From: Gekko japonicus
Lineage: Eukaryota
Direction of reading: 5' to 3'
Assembly (NCBI RefSeq): GCF_001447785.1
Contig: NW_015163615.1
Location: 705,433 to 769,432, forward strand
Length of the DNA stretch: 64,000 nucleotides
A model generated the notes under the pieces. It made no database searches, was not told the origin of the DNA, and was given only the letters and a program-made list of their open reading frames with translations. Shown here in pieces: positions 37,701 to 55,800 of this stretch. The first letter of the stretch is position 1, and each line of letters begins with the position of its first letter. A program made the translations under genes and the position numbers.

Positions 37701-40268
37701 TCATCAAGATGTAAAATATTTCATAAGCCAGTGGATCTTCTTAGGTCCAATCTTGCAATGCTCAAAGCTCCAACGGCCTGTATTTATATGAATGGACATT
37801 TGTCTTTATATTGGGATTAGGTACTTACATGCTTAAGCACAGGACTGTTGTTTTTAAATGATACTTTATCACTCGTGATTGTATTGTTAAACTATATATT
37901 ACATTTTGTACACTATGTGCATGGTTATATTTTACTTTCTTTGTCTTTGTTTCAACCTTTTTGGTTATCAAGCGGCAGCTTGGCCAGAACAGCCTCATGA
38001 ATGACTTGAGCTGAAAGGTGCACTGTGGGCAGTTAGAACAGGGACCTACAACATTCACCGAGTGATATTTATGCCATGCTGTAGGAAAAATAAGGACACT
38101 GCGTAGAGCACAGGCTGGGATGTCAGGCAGGAAACACCTTACAAGATAGTAGGGAGGATCAAATATCAGCATAGGTGAAATACCAAACGAAGCTGAAATC
38201 CTGACCTGATGCCTAGAAACAGAGAAGTAGTCCTGTGAGCCTTCCTCTGTGTGCGGGTGAGGCATCAAGCAATAGTTTCGCAGACAGGTAACCCACTTGG
38301 AAGGACTTTCATCTCCACCACCTGTGGAACTTTGGCGCAGCACCCGCAGGCTCAAAAAAGCTGTGTAATAGTTCTTGAATACAATTTCCTGCAACTGAAA
38401 TGAAGACCAGAAATAGAATATCCGGGGGGAAAAGCAATTTATGGAGGCCCTGCCCATTCCATCCTCTGCAGTGTAATGGGAACACCTAAACTTCAAGGGC
38501 TCAAGAACGCCTGCCTCAGACCAAGTCAGAACTTGGCTAAGGAATCAAAAGCCTTAAAGATTACAGCTGAGAAAAGGAAGATTTGTAGCTGAAAAAAGGC
38601 TCCTGTGTCAAAAAGGGGAAGTTGTGAAGTTGAGGTTAAGAATACGACAGAGCCAGTGACCAAACAACCCTCTGGTCAATGTTTGGAAGCAAGAGAAAAA
38701 GAGAAGTTAAGCAATCTGTGGTTAACCTAGCTAAAGTGACCAGAAGAGTCTCTGGAACAAATGTCTGGAAAACCAGGGTACACCTTATGCAAAGCATTTA
38801 GAATAGAACACTGCTTCTTCAAGCAACATACAAAGACGGGAGAAGGATGGAACAGGAGTAACTACATCTTGTTAAAGCCTTTTCTTCAAGTTCACATGTA
38901 CATGTGAAAACATGTTTACCTTAGACAAAATGTGGTCAGAATATGCTCAAAAGTAATAGCCACAAGGGGAAGGTATAATTGAACGTTTAATCTCTCCATT
39001 AAAAGGAACAGAAACATTTCTCTTTAAAAGTTGACGATCTAGTCAATGGAAGTACAGAGCAATCCAGGGAAAGAAGCATAGACAGAAAGATGCAGTCCCA
39101 AGACATTGTTTCTACACTCTGAAACCACAGCAGCAGCAAAGCTAAGGACAACTGTACATGCTAAGCTTCCTCCCTGCCATCCCTGAGAAGACCAGACTTT
39201 CCGCCTCTGAACTGACTAGCGAGGCCACCATGTAGCTTCAGTTGGTAACCTTAATTCCCATGGGTGAAGTAATGACGTGTTCTGTATATTTTTACTTTAT
39301 TAATTGCTGATTGCTAGTGTAGCATGCTATTGTGCTTCATAAACCTGTTTGATTCATAAATCTAAACTCACGTGTGTATAGTGGTCTTGGTCTTCTTAGA
39401 ATTCCAAAAAGCAACCTACAGCACTGCAGCCCACTCAGCAGAGTTAAGCTGAGTGCAACAGAAGTATATCAAGCACTGTTTGGGACCAGCATATATTAAG
39501 GACGGCCTACTCCCATACAAACCTACCAGCAGTTATGGTAATCTTCTGAGACCCTGTTTTGGATGCCCTCGCCTTCTGAGGCTAGATGAATGGCAACCAA
39601 AGAGAGGGCCTTCTTTGTCAACACCAAAATTATGGAACTCCCTGTTTAGGTTTATTGTCTGTTCCCTTCTATCACAGTCTTCCATCAGCAGGTGAAGACT
39701 TTTTTGTTTCACCTCGTACTTCCTCAGTGTATTCCTGCTCTTTTCAGTTGTAATCTATACAATTATGTCTACTGTCCACTGAAATATCAATGATATGCAT
39801 GTGTGATTGCCTCTTAATGACTGTAAAGAGTTAAATTTCAAGAGGTATATTAGTGAACCAACAAGCTGTGTAGTAAATATGTATAAACTAATAACAGTCA
39901 AAGGTGAAATTAGAACTTGCCAGTACATAGCTGCTAGCAACTTCTCATTCAATTGCTGATCAATAAACAAATCTTTTCAGGCAGAAACTGACTGGTCTTA
40001 CGTTATTCTTTTAATGCAGAGATGAGATCTGAAGCATAAAATGCACTGATCAAACTCTTACAGTGCAATCCAATGTGTAATCACAGGTTTATGATTACAC
40101 CACAATGTATTCATTGCTCATACTCACATCAATGGTCTGAGAGTGTGGTAGTATCACATCAATCACCGCAACACCTGGCCGGCCTAGCTCAGTCCTCATG
40201 TCACCCACTTGCAGCATGACTGGGCTTTTGATGGTGCATGGTGAGGGCTCAAGGGCCATCGTCCCCAT
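31787..40268 (-). CDS. NICN1: Nicolin-1 (tubulin polyglutamylase complex subunit)
   Basis: Exons 40128-40268 (alternative ATG at 40259), 38206-38394 (LQEIVFKNYYTAFLSLRV..), 35549-35662 (MLCDM..LILRQPSP), 34584-34652, 32667-32771 (VSSEVQQMWVLTEM), 31787-31828 (VDGCYDLNLLSYT*). All splice sites GT-AG and phase-consistent. Confidence 0.95.
32842..33657. mobile_element. 816-bp AT-rich insertion with internal inverted repeat (probable Penelope-like element)
   Basis: 15-bp TSD CCAACACCACATCCA at 32827-32841 and 33658-33672; inverted repeat 32981-33084 / 33554-33657 (103 of 104 matching). Confidence 0.7.
33940..34322 (+). mobile_element. CR1 LINE 3' end
   Basis: Encodes ..KRKYFFTQRVINIWNSLPQEVVAASSMDGFKRELDKQME, the typical CR1 ORF2 C-terminus, followed by the 3' UTR. 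Confidence 0.85.
36903..37186 (-). mobile_element. tRNA-derived SINE (Squam3-like)
   Basis: Head AGCCAGTTTGGTGTAGTGGTTAAGTGTGCGGACTCTAATCTGGGAGAACCGGGTTTGATTCCC (A/B boxes) and (TCT)n tail; closely similar to copies at 56636 and 57405. Confidence 0.85.
37253..37968. mobile_element. Older Penelope-like element: ~200-bp degenerate inverted repeat enclosing a hammerhead motif
   Basis: Arms ~37297-37492 and ~37771-37967 are diverged inverted copies. Minus-strand ATACCA-CTGAGGA-AGGC..GCT-GAAA-CATGCT-TGGTAT at 37524-37564. Confidence 0.6.
38472..39420. mobile_element. Possible solo LTR
   Basis: Begins TGTA and ends TACA, flanked by GCAG/GCAC; purine-rich U3-like body; CATAAA motifs near the 3' end. 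Confidence 0.35.
39470..39730 (+). mobile_element. L2-type LINE 3' fragment
   Basis: Degenerate L2 C-terminal motifs (LGPAYIKDGLLPYKP; KLWNSL; gaagactttttgttt). Confidence 0.55.
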
Positions 40269-40989
40269 ACTGGAAAAGAACCACAGGCTCAGTTCAGCGA
40301 CACATAATACTTACATCCACACTCCAGAACACAAGAAATTCCATTTTACTAAGTACCATAAACAGGGGGGGGGGCACTACGAACGCAGAGAGTTTCACAG
40401 GCCAACTTGTAACCTGGTAGCTAATGGAAGTCCTGCTGCAGTAGATGGAAGCACAGGCTCCAATAACCGAGTAACGTCAGATCTATTCAACATTACTCAG
40501 GAGTAAACCCCACAAAACCGGGTGTCACACACTTCCTGGCAAACATGCACAGAAACGCAATCGGAAATGCTGCAGAACGTTGGGAGCTTTGAACTCTCGA
40601 AAGGTTATACTCTGGAACTCTTATTGGCCTCTAAGGTGCTACTGGACTCGAATCTAACCCTATTTGGGGCAATTTATAAACGATGTTCCGCGCTCAGCAC
40701 TACAGTCCCCGCGTGTAGTTGGCAAAGGAAAGCGCCAAAGGGGAGCTACCCATACCAAGAGACAGACCACCCGGCCAAACAGGGGGCGGAGAAGGTAAGC
40801 GTACAATGGCCCCACCTAGAGCGACTGCTGACCCTGGCATATGACTCGCCTGCTCCTGGCACAGCTGCGGCTCTCCAGTCCTTCTTCCGCTGTCAGCTAA
40901 GGAAGGAGACACCGCTTCACGCCACAAATGCCATCCAGCACCAACAAGACTTCTACAAGAATGGCAGCATCGCGTAACACAAATGGTGC

Positions 40990-41400
40990 CGCTACGGAAC
41001 GAAGCTTTCCCACAGGGAAACCTTTGTTGCTAGGGGGTAGCGTCATAGCGCACACTGATTACGTCACAAGTCTCAAATTAGGAGGCGGCGCTTAGAAGGG
41101 CGGGGCTTATACTTTAAAACGTGTGCGCCGCTTCATGGTACAGAGAGAGACGTGTCCACTAGGGTAATTCTGGCGCTTTTGAATGACGACACCGGCGCCT
41201 TTTTGTTGTTTCCGTGTTGCTGCGGCAACGCGAAAGTTTGCACCTGATTGGCCGGCAAATCCGGTGAATCTCAGTAACCATTGGTTCCCTGGATAGCTAG
41301 GACACGTTGCGTCCCCTGATTGGTCAATTAGTTCGAACGGGAGATTGACGGAAATGTTCTGGAGGCCGAATCTTTCTCGCTGGGTGGGGAGGAGCCTCTG
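40990..41400. promoter_or_regulatory. Bidirectional CpG-island promoter shared by NICN1 and GMPPB
   Basis: CpG-rich interval between head-to-head genes, with CRE-like TTACGTCA (~41059), GC box GGGCGGGG (~41098) and three ATTGG/CCAAT boxes (~41247, ~41280, ~41319). Confidence 0.65.
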
Positions 41401-41420
41401 GGCTGGGTCGGGAGCGGCAG
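41350..41420 (+). other. GMPPB: Putative non-coding first exon of GMPPB
   Basis: Donor CAG|GTGAGA at 41420/41421; acceptor cctctag at 41637 just before the ATG exon. The 5' end is approximate. Confidence 0.55.
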
Positions 41421-41637
41421 GTGAGAATCCGGAGTGGGTGGGGGGCAGGATCCGGCTGAACTTGAGTAGGCAGGATCCGGCGTCTAGACCCGGTGCAAGG
41501 CCAAGGGCTTGAAGTTCCTCTGGCAAGTCCTGTGTATCTGAGCGGGACAAGGAAGCAAGGAGGAGTGTGGACAGCGAGGCTGGAGAAAGAGCCTCTGGCC
41601 TGGCGTACCTTCTGACGCCTTCTTTCCAATCCTCTAG

Positions 41638-48226
<6,589 letters not shown>

Positions 48227-49843
48227 CCATTCTGGGATTTTAGTGCGGGACTAGCGCCCCCACCCCCCAAGGCCCTGCCTATACTGGGGCCATCCCCACC
48301 CTGTGCCTTGGCAGCAGGGGGATCTCTGATTTCCGAATTCAAGTATTTACTTTGCCTCTGCTGCTGAACTCCTAAGCCCTTTGTTGGGGTCCTGTAGAGA
48401 TGTACGGGAGGACCAGGATCTGCACAAGGTGTTTCAGACAACTCAGATGCATTGCTTGGGAAGAGGACAAATCAGGAAGACCTGGGCTAGCTCTGCACTC
48501 GTCCTGCTGCAAAGGCTAGGACCCATGGAAAGTGGCCCTGAGCAAGAGATGGCCCCCGCTACAACAGCAAGCAAGTGGGAATGGCAGTGATTAGACTGCA
48601 AAGGAACTGACCCAGGTTCAGCCTGTGGAGGAGAATGAGTGGCATGCTGTGCTGTTATGGCTCTTGCTGCTGAGGAGGAAGTCTGAATGCAGTCTTCTTT
48701 CAGTACCTCTTTGGAACTCGACTGCCTTACAGAGACTGAAACCCGCCACCTCCCTATGGCCAATCATCACAAATGGTATTATTCCAAGTAGGTGCAGGGT
48801 GCTGTCAGCTACTGGAAACAAACACAAATTATATGGTAATGAACAATAAGAACTGATGTGTGTCTCATGTTTTCTTTTGGTATGTTTGGCAGATGGGACA
48901 GTCCTTAAGAGCAGCTCCCTTTCTTCTAAATATTCCTGACGCTTCCAGGCCCAACACTGACTGGTACTTTTGTTTTTACAAATTAGACCCTAGCTCCAAG
49001 ATGGTGTTCCATAATCGTGAAAAAGAATACACAGCACACCTGTAAGGAATAATAATTTAATAATAATCCATTGTATGGAAGTAACACTCCCTTGGGTGGG
49101 TGGGGGGAAGGAGAAACAATTGTAGATGCACATAAGTTAAATTCCTTGCTCCAAGCACACTGTTTGCTGCCCTCCCCAGTGCTTCTGGTTACAAATCACA
49201 CAGTAAATTAAAAAAAGCTGCACCACTTGGGGAAATCACTTGTTTGGAATATTCCCTATGTCGCAATCTCCCTCTGTATTAAAAGCTAACACAGCAGGTG
49301 GTAGGCACATAGGTTACTGCACTGTATGCCCACCTAAATATCTGATCCACACATACACTGTCAAGCGGCAAAGCGCTGCAGTAGCAGCAGCACAGCAGCA
49401 AGAACACACTTGGCTAGTAGGCAGCAGGCCTCACAAGAGAAGACTGGCTGTGGGAGAGCACCACGCAGATGAGGATGTGTCCCAGCAGCAGCATGAGACA
49501 GGCTTCCTGGGCCAGATGCAGGAAAAGGAGCTACAGATTCAGGCTGAGGTAGAAAACCTGAGCTCGTTCGGCCCCCTTGTATATACCCCCATGGGGACAG
49601 TCCAACACCTGCTGGCTTGGAGCCAATGACAGCCACAGGAAGTGTACCTAAATTCAGGGGGAACTGAGGGGTATGGTGTGGCCTAGGTAGTGCATACAGC
49701 ACTGCCTGGTCTGTAAGAGATGTTATAAATAAAGCTGAGCTGAACTGCAGCTGTCTTTGAATGGAGGTCCTCTTGGAGCAGGGGGAGTCCACGGTGTGGT
49801 GAAGCTGCCCAGGCATGTGGCCCTGCCCTGCAGGGTCCAGGCA

Positions 49844-52800
49844 CTAGGAGGTGGCTGGTTTAATGTAATCATCCACACCCGTAATGGTGGCTTTGCAGAA
49901 GAAACAGTCCTTGTTGTTCATCAGGTGCTGGTTGATACAGGCTCTAGAAAGACAAGAGTAACAGCCCTTATACATTTGCCCACAGTTACAATTCATAACC
50001 CTGGCCCTACATGGTGACGTCGTCTCTGCCACTGCTAAGGATGGGGGCTAGGATATATCTGGTCCAAATATATACCTGAGAAACACCTTACCAGTATTTT
50101 TCAGGTATCTGAATGATATTCAGGATTCTTAGGATTACCAGTATCTAGGTTATGAATATTTCTAGAAATACTCAGATATATCCAGGACTGGTATTTTAAG
50201 GATTTCAGGCCAGAGTGTTTTCCTCCCCTATTCAACTGGTTTCCTGAGCAACAGGAGGGAAGGAGGTGACACAACTCTCCTAGGAAAATGGGATCACAGG
50301 GGAATCTCTGTCTATCCAGTCACAGTCACTCTCTCATACGTAGTGCACACCTTTCTGAGCATGGGCAAAATGGATAAAAGGTAGGCCTGGAGGCAGCTTG
50401 TCTCGACTTCAAGGTGAGATTTTTCGAAAGGGCTGGTGTGTCTGCCTCTGTCTGCTGTCTGCTTTGGATTAGTTCTGCTGCCTGCCTGGGAAGGCCCCCT
50501 TCTTGTTTTGTGCCAGAACTGGCTTACCATACACTTTGTTTTAAAGTATTATTTAAAACACTGTTTCAAGACTTTCTGTTTTTAAATTTTTGCCTGGTGC
50601 ACTGTAGCTTGTGTGAGGCTCTTTATGGTTCTTTTAAAATAGTTTCTTTGGTTTTAAGTGTGTGCTGTTTTGTTCGGGACTTTTCTCAGCTAGAATTTTT
50701 AACTGATTAGCATTTTAATTTTAAAGAAGTGCTTTTGGGGGGGGGGGGATTTTCCAGGTTGTTGATGTTTTTAAAAGTTTACCTGTCAGTATTCATCTGG
50801 TTCTCATTTTACATCTGTGTTTTTTGGAGAGAGGATGGCTACGTAGAAGTGCGTCTTGCAGGACTAGAATGTGCAACACTTGATAAAAATTCTGCATTTT
50901 ATATATTTTATGCAAATTAAACACGGATAAGCTGGTCACACCTGCGAATTTTCATTCTTAGTGGTTCCAAGGAAAGGCAATCTTGACTAACAGTAATGGC
51001 AGCTCCCTGGTCAGCCAGGTTGCAGGATTTCAATGTTGATATACCCTCTTTATGCAGTCTTTCAGCTACCTGAGAAAAACTCCTGCCCACATGGAAGTCT
51101 GCCTAAGATCAGTCAGTCAGGCATTTATTATGGCAACACTGCCTAAGATCAGTCAATCAGGCAGGCATTTATTATGGCAACAAGCCATAGAACACACATG
51201 CCTAAATGACATGAAAAGGGCTTCCACCTATCAAGACTCCTTAGATTCCTTAAAGGTAGAAGCTGAGCTCTTCTCATGTCAAAGGTGGGCTCCTGCTTTT
51301 CTCTGGGGTACGCATGATTTACATGGAAGGAAGAATTAAGAATCAATCTTTAGAAAAGGGCAGGCTATGTCCTGAATCCTATCCTCACACAATTTCTTAT
51401 TTATTGAGACAGCATTAAGTTCCATGATCTTGAATCCCTACTAGAAAACTATTATTTTGAATGACAACTCTACATGGGTATGCACTGAGTGGCTCAAAAG
51501 ATGATCTAGTCAGGGCTGACAGTACCACTAAGTAGGGAATCTGAATTTGAGGAGGATTGATGACTCTGTCTGGAATCTACTAATGTGGTAGGTGTACAAA
51601 AGAGACCTGCCCTTTCTGTGGGCAAGAATGTGAGACAAAGCCAATACCAGTCTCTTCATCCTGTCAATATTCAGGTCCTTATCAAGGCCACCTTGAAAAA
51701 ACTCTAGAAGAGAACGGACATCGGTAGCCATTGGTTCAATCCCCTGGTTGTCATATTGGGGGGGGGGTTTATATGGCCTGTTGGTGGCTTGACTATGCAA
51801 AGATATTTGAGTGGTTTGAAACTGTCAGTGTAACCTAATTTGCTATTGGACGTCCAGGCTACGAGTTGTAACAGGTCTAAAGATGCTCACCAGCCCCTAA
51901 GTAGCCATGTTTGGCTGGGCTGACAACTCATAGTAGGTGAAACACATTCCTCTAGGCCAGAGTAGGGCAATCAGGATAGCCGCCACCGTATGCTTCAGTG
52001 TCTTCTTATGAACCTGGAGATCAGGTGAGAGAGGAGAAAAGGCCTGCATTGGATCATCCGGCTAATTCTGAGCCAAGGCAGTGTGGATGCCCTGGCTCTA
52101 GACACTGAAGCTATGCAAAGAGCTTGAAGAATTGATAACTCTCCAGAGCTGTGAACAAGGCCCACCCAGATCATCTTGAACCTCTTAGTGTTGAATGATC
52201 TCCAGATACAGATGCCATTCTGTCTGGCCCAAGGTTCTTCTGCTGAGCCAGTCTGCTGTCATGGTTGACTCCCCAGCAATGTATTGTGACAGTTCACCAG
52301 ATCAACACCCCCCAGACTTAATTGTGGAGGTTTCTTCACCTTGTGGCATCTTTCCTGTTTGTATGAGTTTTAGAACATACACTGACTGTGGATCACCATA
52401 TACTTGCCTATGGTCTGATCTCAAAAGGTATTCAGCATGAGTTATATCAGTATAAGTACCAACCAGTGTATGCTCCCCATGCAGTCAACATTGAACCAGT
52501 TTCTTTGAGCCATCTGTCCTGGAGATGAACTCTCCGACCTGTTGGACTGGCATTTGTCCTGATTAGCTGATTCCTGAATAAGGGACCCTGAGGCTAAGTG
52601 ACAAGTGGTCAACCACCACTAAAATTCTTTGTGCTTCTTTGCTGGAAAAAGCTTTTGCTGGCAACCCCAAAGCACAGCTTTTGAAAGGGCAGCAGCAACC
52701 TGTTAAACTCCCTGTGTATGAATGGATGTCCATGGAATCATATCCCAGGACAAAAGCAGTGTGCCCCAAAGTCATGATGAAGTCATGTGATCAGCTTGAT

Positions 52801-55800
52801 GGCCATTCTACTGTGTGGTATAGCAAGTTCTGGATCTGTCTATAATAAGGAAATCTTGTTAACTTGGGTGACTATGTTCACATCCAGATGTACAGTGTTC
52901 TGGCTTCAAAGGTGCTTTTGGCTCTGTTGCCAGTGAACCCATGGTCTTCAAGACAGGAAAAGGTTTTCAGGTACTACATCCCTTGTTGGAAGTGGTGTGA
53001 TTTGATGAGGATGTAATCCAGAGAGACTAGCAAACTCTAGACATGATGGCATGCCACTAGAGCCACCAGCACCTTTGGTGCTGACAAAATGAGAGTGCTC
53101 ATGGCAGTGGTTCTCTGTATATACAGCATAGGAAAGTCATTTTATAGCTGCTGAACATGCAGGTCATTAAAAGGCAGCAAGTCCTTGTGTATGATTAAAG
53201 CAATTATACATAAAGGGCCCTTGTCCTTACGTGTTGTTTTTCATGTGATTGAAACACTTCAGCGCCTGGATGGTCTGCATTTTTATTCTTTTGGGGTATG
53301 GTAAAAATCTGAATTAAACTTGTTAATGAACCTGGTTTGGAAGAAGAAGTTTAATGGCTTCAGGTGCATAGCCATGTTGAATCCATTGGCACCTTTCAGA
53401 CTAACAAAATTTAATTCTGGGTATAAGCTTTTGTGTGCCTGCACACTTCATCAGATATCTGATGAAGTGTGCATGTACACAAAAGCTTATACCCAGAATT
53501 AAACTTTGTTAGTCTTAAAGGTGCCAATGGACTCAAAGTTTAATGGCTGTAAGAGAAGCTGGTGGTTGATGGGACATGTAGGTTTGGATGATGCTAAGCA
53601 GAATTTACACAGGTGAAAGGAGGGGTAATTTTGCTGTGAGTTTTCTAATTGCAGGGTATATATACCCTTGAAGGGCAACTCCACAGTATCTGAAGGTTGA
53701 AAGATAACCTCTCTCATGACCTGGCAAAGTGCTGGATGTGGCTCCCTATCTTGATAGTACAGACAGCTTCCATGACAGCGAGGCTGTGTGTGACTTCTTG
53801 TCTCTTCAGAATCTGGACAAGGGTGTTCTTGTGAACACCTGTAAGTTCAGAGTGCTGCCATTTAGCTTTGTAGTTCCTGAAGTTCCCAGGTTGACTGGAA
53901 GAGTTAGTATCACAAAAGGATCAAAGCTATTTTTGTTTTTCATTCTTCCTTTTTTAGGGTAGTATCAGCTGGGCAAGCTTGTTCCTATCTTTGGTTTCCA
54001 CCAATATGGCACATAAGGAGCCTCCATACAAACTGGACCTCCCATAGATCTTTCGCACTCCTGAAGTGGTAAATGCTGTGAGTCTTCCCTACCAGGGAAA
54101 AATGGGCTGTCAAGAGACTAGGTCTTTTTGGTTGTCTCTTGTCAAAACGCAAACAATGGTTCAGGTTGAAACCTAGAAAACCATGGAGGTTTTCTTCTCC
54201 CTATGAATTCAAGGTCGAGTGACCGTGGTGTCAGAGAGAGAGCAATAATGAGATGGAAGGGCTTCACAGGTGCTGAGTAGATCCTCTGGCCTAGCAGTTT
54301 GAAGGGCACCAGAGTGGGACTATGCATTCCATTTTATTTGTGTCAGGACTTTGCTTAATTGGACCCTATACAGCTGCAAGGTATCTGGTCTAACTGACAA
54401 ACACACCTGATAGGTTGAGTTTCCTGGTCAATAACACAGATCATTGGCCAAGCTACATCATTAGCTTATACATTTGGTTGGTCAATCAGAATCATGCCAA
54501 TGCAGGTCGCTGAGCATAAAGAAAGATTCTTCAGTTTAGTTTCTGCCCTTTGTCTGGATTACAACTAACTTTGGGACATCTTTTGACTCTAGGTGGGCCA
54601 GGCTAGCTGGAAACCTGTTTGACTCAGACTTTGAAGCTTTATTAGACTCAGCCTTGTAAAGGTAACATCTGGATTAGAACTGATACTTGCAAAAGGGATT
54701 AGGTTAGATATATAGCTTTATTATTTTATCCTCACAGCTCATTGCTCTTTTGTCTATTCCTGCAAAATCTTTTAATAAATCCCTTTAATTATATCTTGTG
54801 CTGTTCCTGGGTTTGGGGCTTCAATCTGAATCCAGTACTTTAGTTCATATTGGTAACTGTTTTCTGGAACCTTCTAAGCATCCTACATTGCAGGGCTGAC
54901 TTTCTTGTTCTTTGACCCAGGAGGTCTAGAGGTTTAGATCCTTGGTCTTTGGCTGATGGGTAAGTAAGGAGACCGGTGGTAGCGATACCCGGGGGGAGGG
55001 GGGGTGGATTCATACTTCAGCTCTTCTGGCTTGTCTTGACCAATCTGTCGCCCTTAAGCAGGGCCTTGGCTTTAAGTGGCAAGGGGCCAGGAGGAGATAG
55101 TGCATGAAACTGGAAGGGATGCTAACAGGGCCTGGTCTTTCTTCCTGAGGCCTCCTGCCACAGACTTCTGTTCCCACCCTGGACCTAACAGTGGCTTAGT
55201 CTAGACAATGCAGGAATTATGGGGACACTCCTCCCTTCATGGGACACATTACGTTCATTTAGAAGACTCACTGTATGCATTTACCACCCTCAGGAATCCA
55301 CCTCAACAATTCTATGGTGGTTTCCCTATTTTTGTAGCTTGTGGTAATTAGAACATTTCAGCTGGTCACTGAGTTTTGATTCTAAACAGTTTGAAATAAT
55401 GTCTAGCTCACTAACTATCTCTGCCTATGGTTCTCCTTTCCAAGCACTGACTTCTACAACTTCTGTTAGCAAGCTTGCCTTGTCTTATGGGATAAGACCA
55501 AAGAATTTTTAAAAATATTTTGTACCATGCAATGCAGATTAACATTTGCAGTGATCAACACTCATGGCAAGTACTCTTGCCAGACATCATGTCACCAGTC
55601 AGAAATGTGAGTGTATCATCTAGCTGTAGTCAATTCTGCATGTAAAAAATGGGAAGAAGAGAAGCACTTGTGTTTTTAAAGCTGATGTTATCTTTAAAAA
55701 ATCACAAGCTTTGCTTACTACTAACCAGGCTGGCCTGGCCTGGGAGCTGAAGGGATGCCCTCTTGGAGTCATTTGCAGTGTGATCGTGCAAAATCCCACT

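Noticed and set aside
37825-38496. 223-aa ORF as a standalone gene
   Set aside because: Only 38206-38394 is a NICN1 exon; the rest is intron read-through into a repeat.
49240-49816. ORFs of 129 aa (+) and 151 aa (-), and a short hydrophobic minus-strand peptide (MLLLGHILICVVLS..) between GMPPB and RNF123
   Set aside because: They lie in presumptive 3' UTRs with no recognisable homology or splice support.
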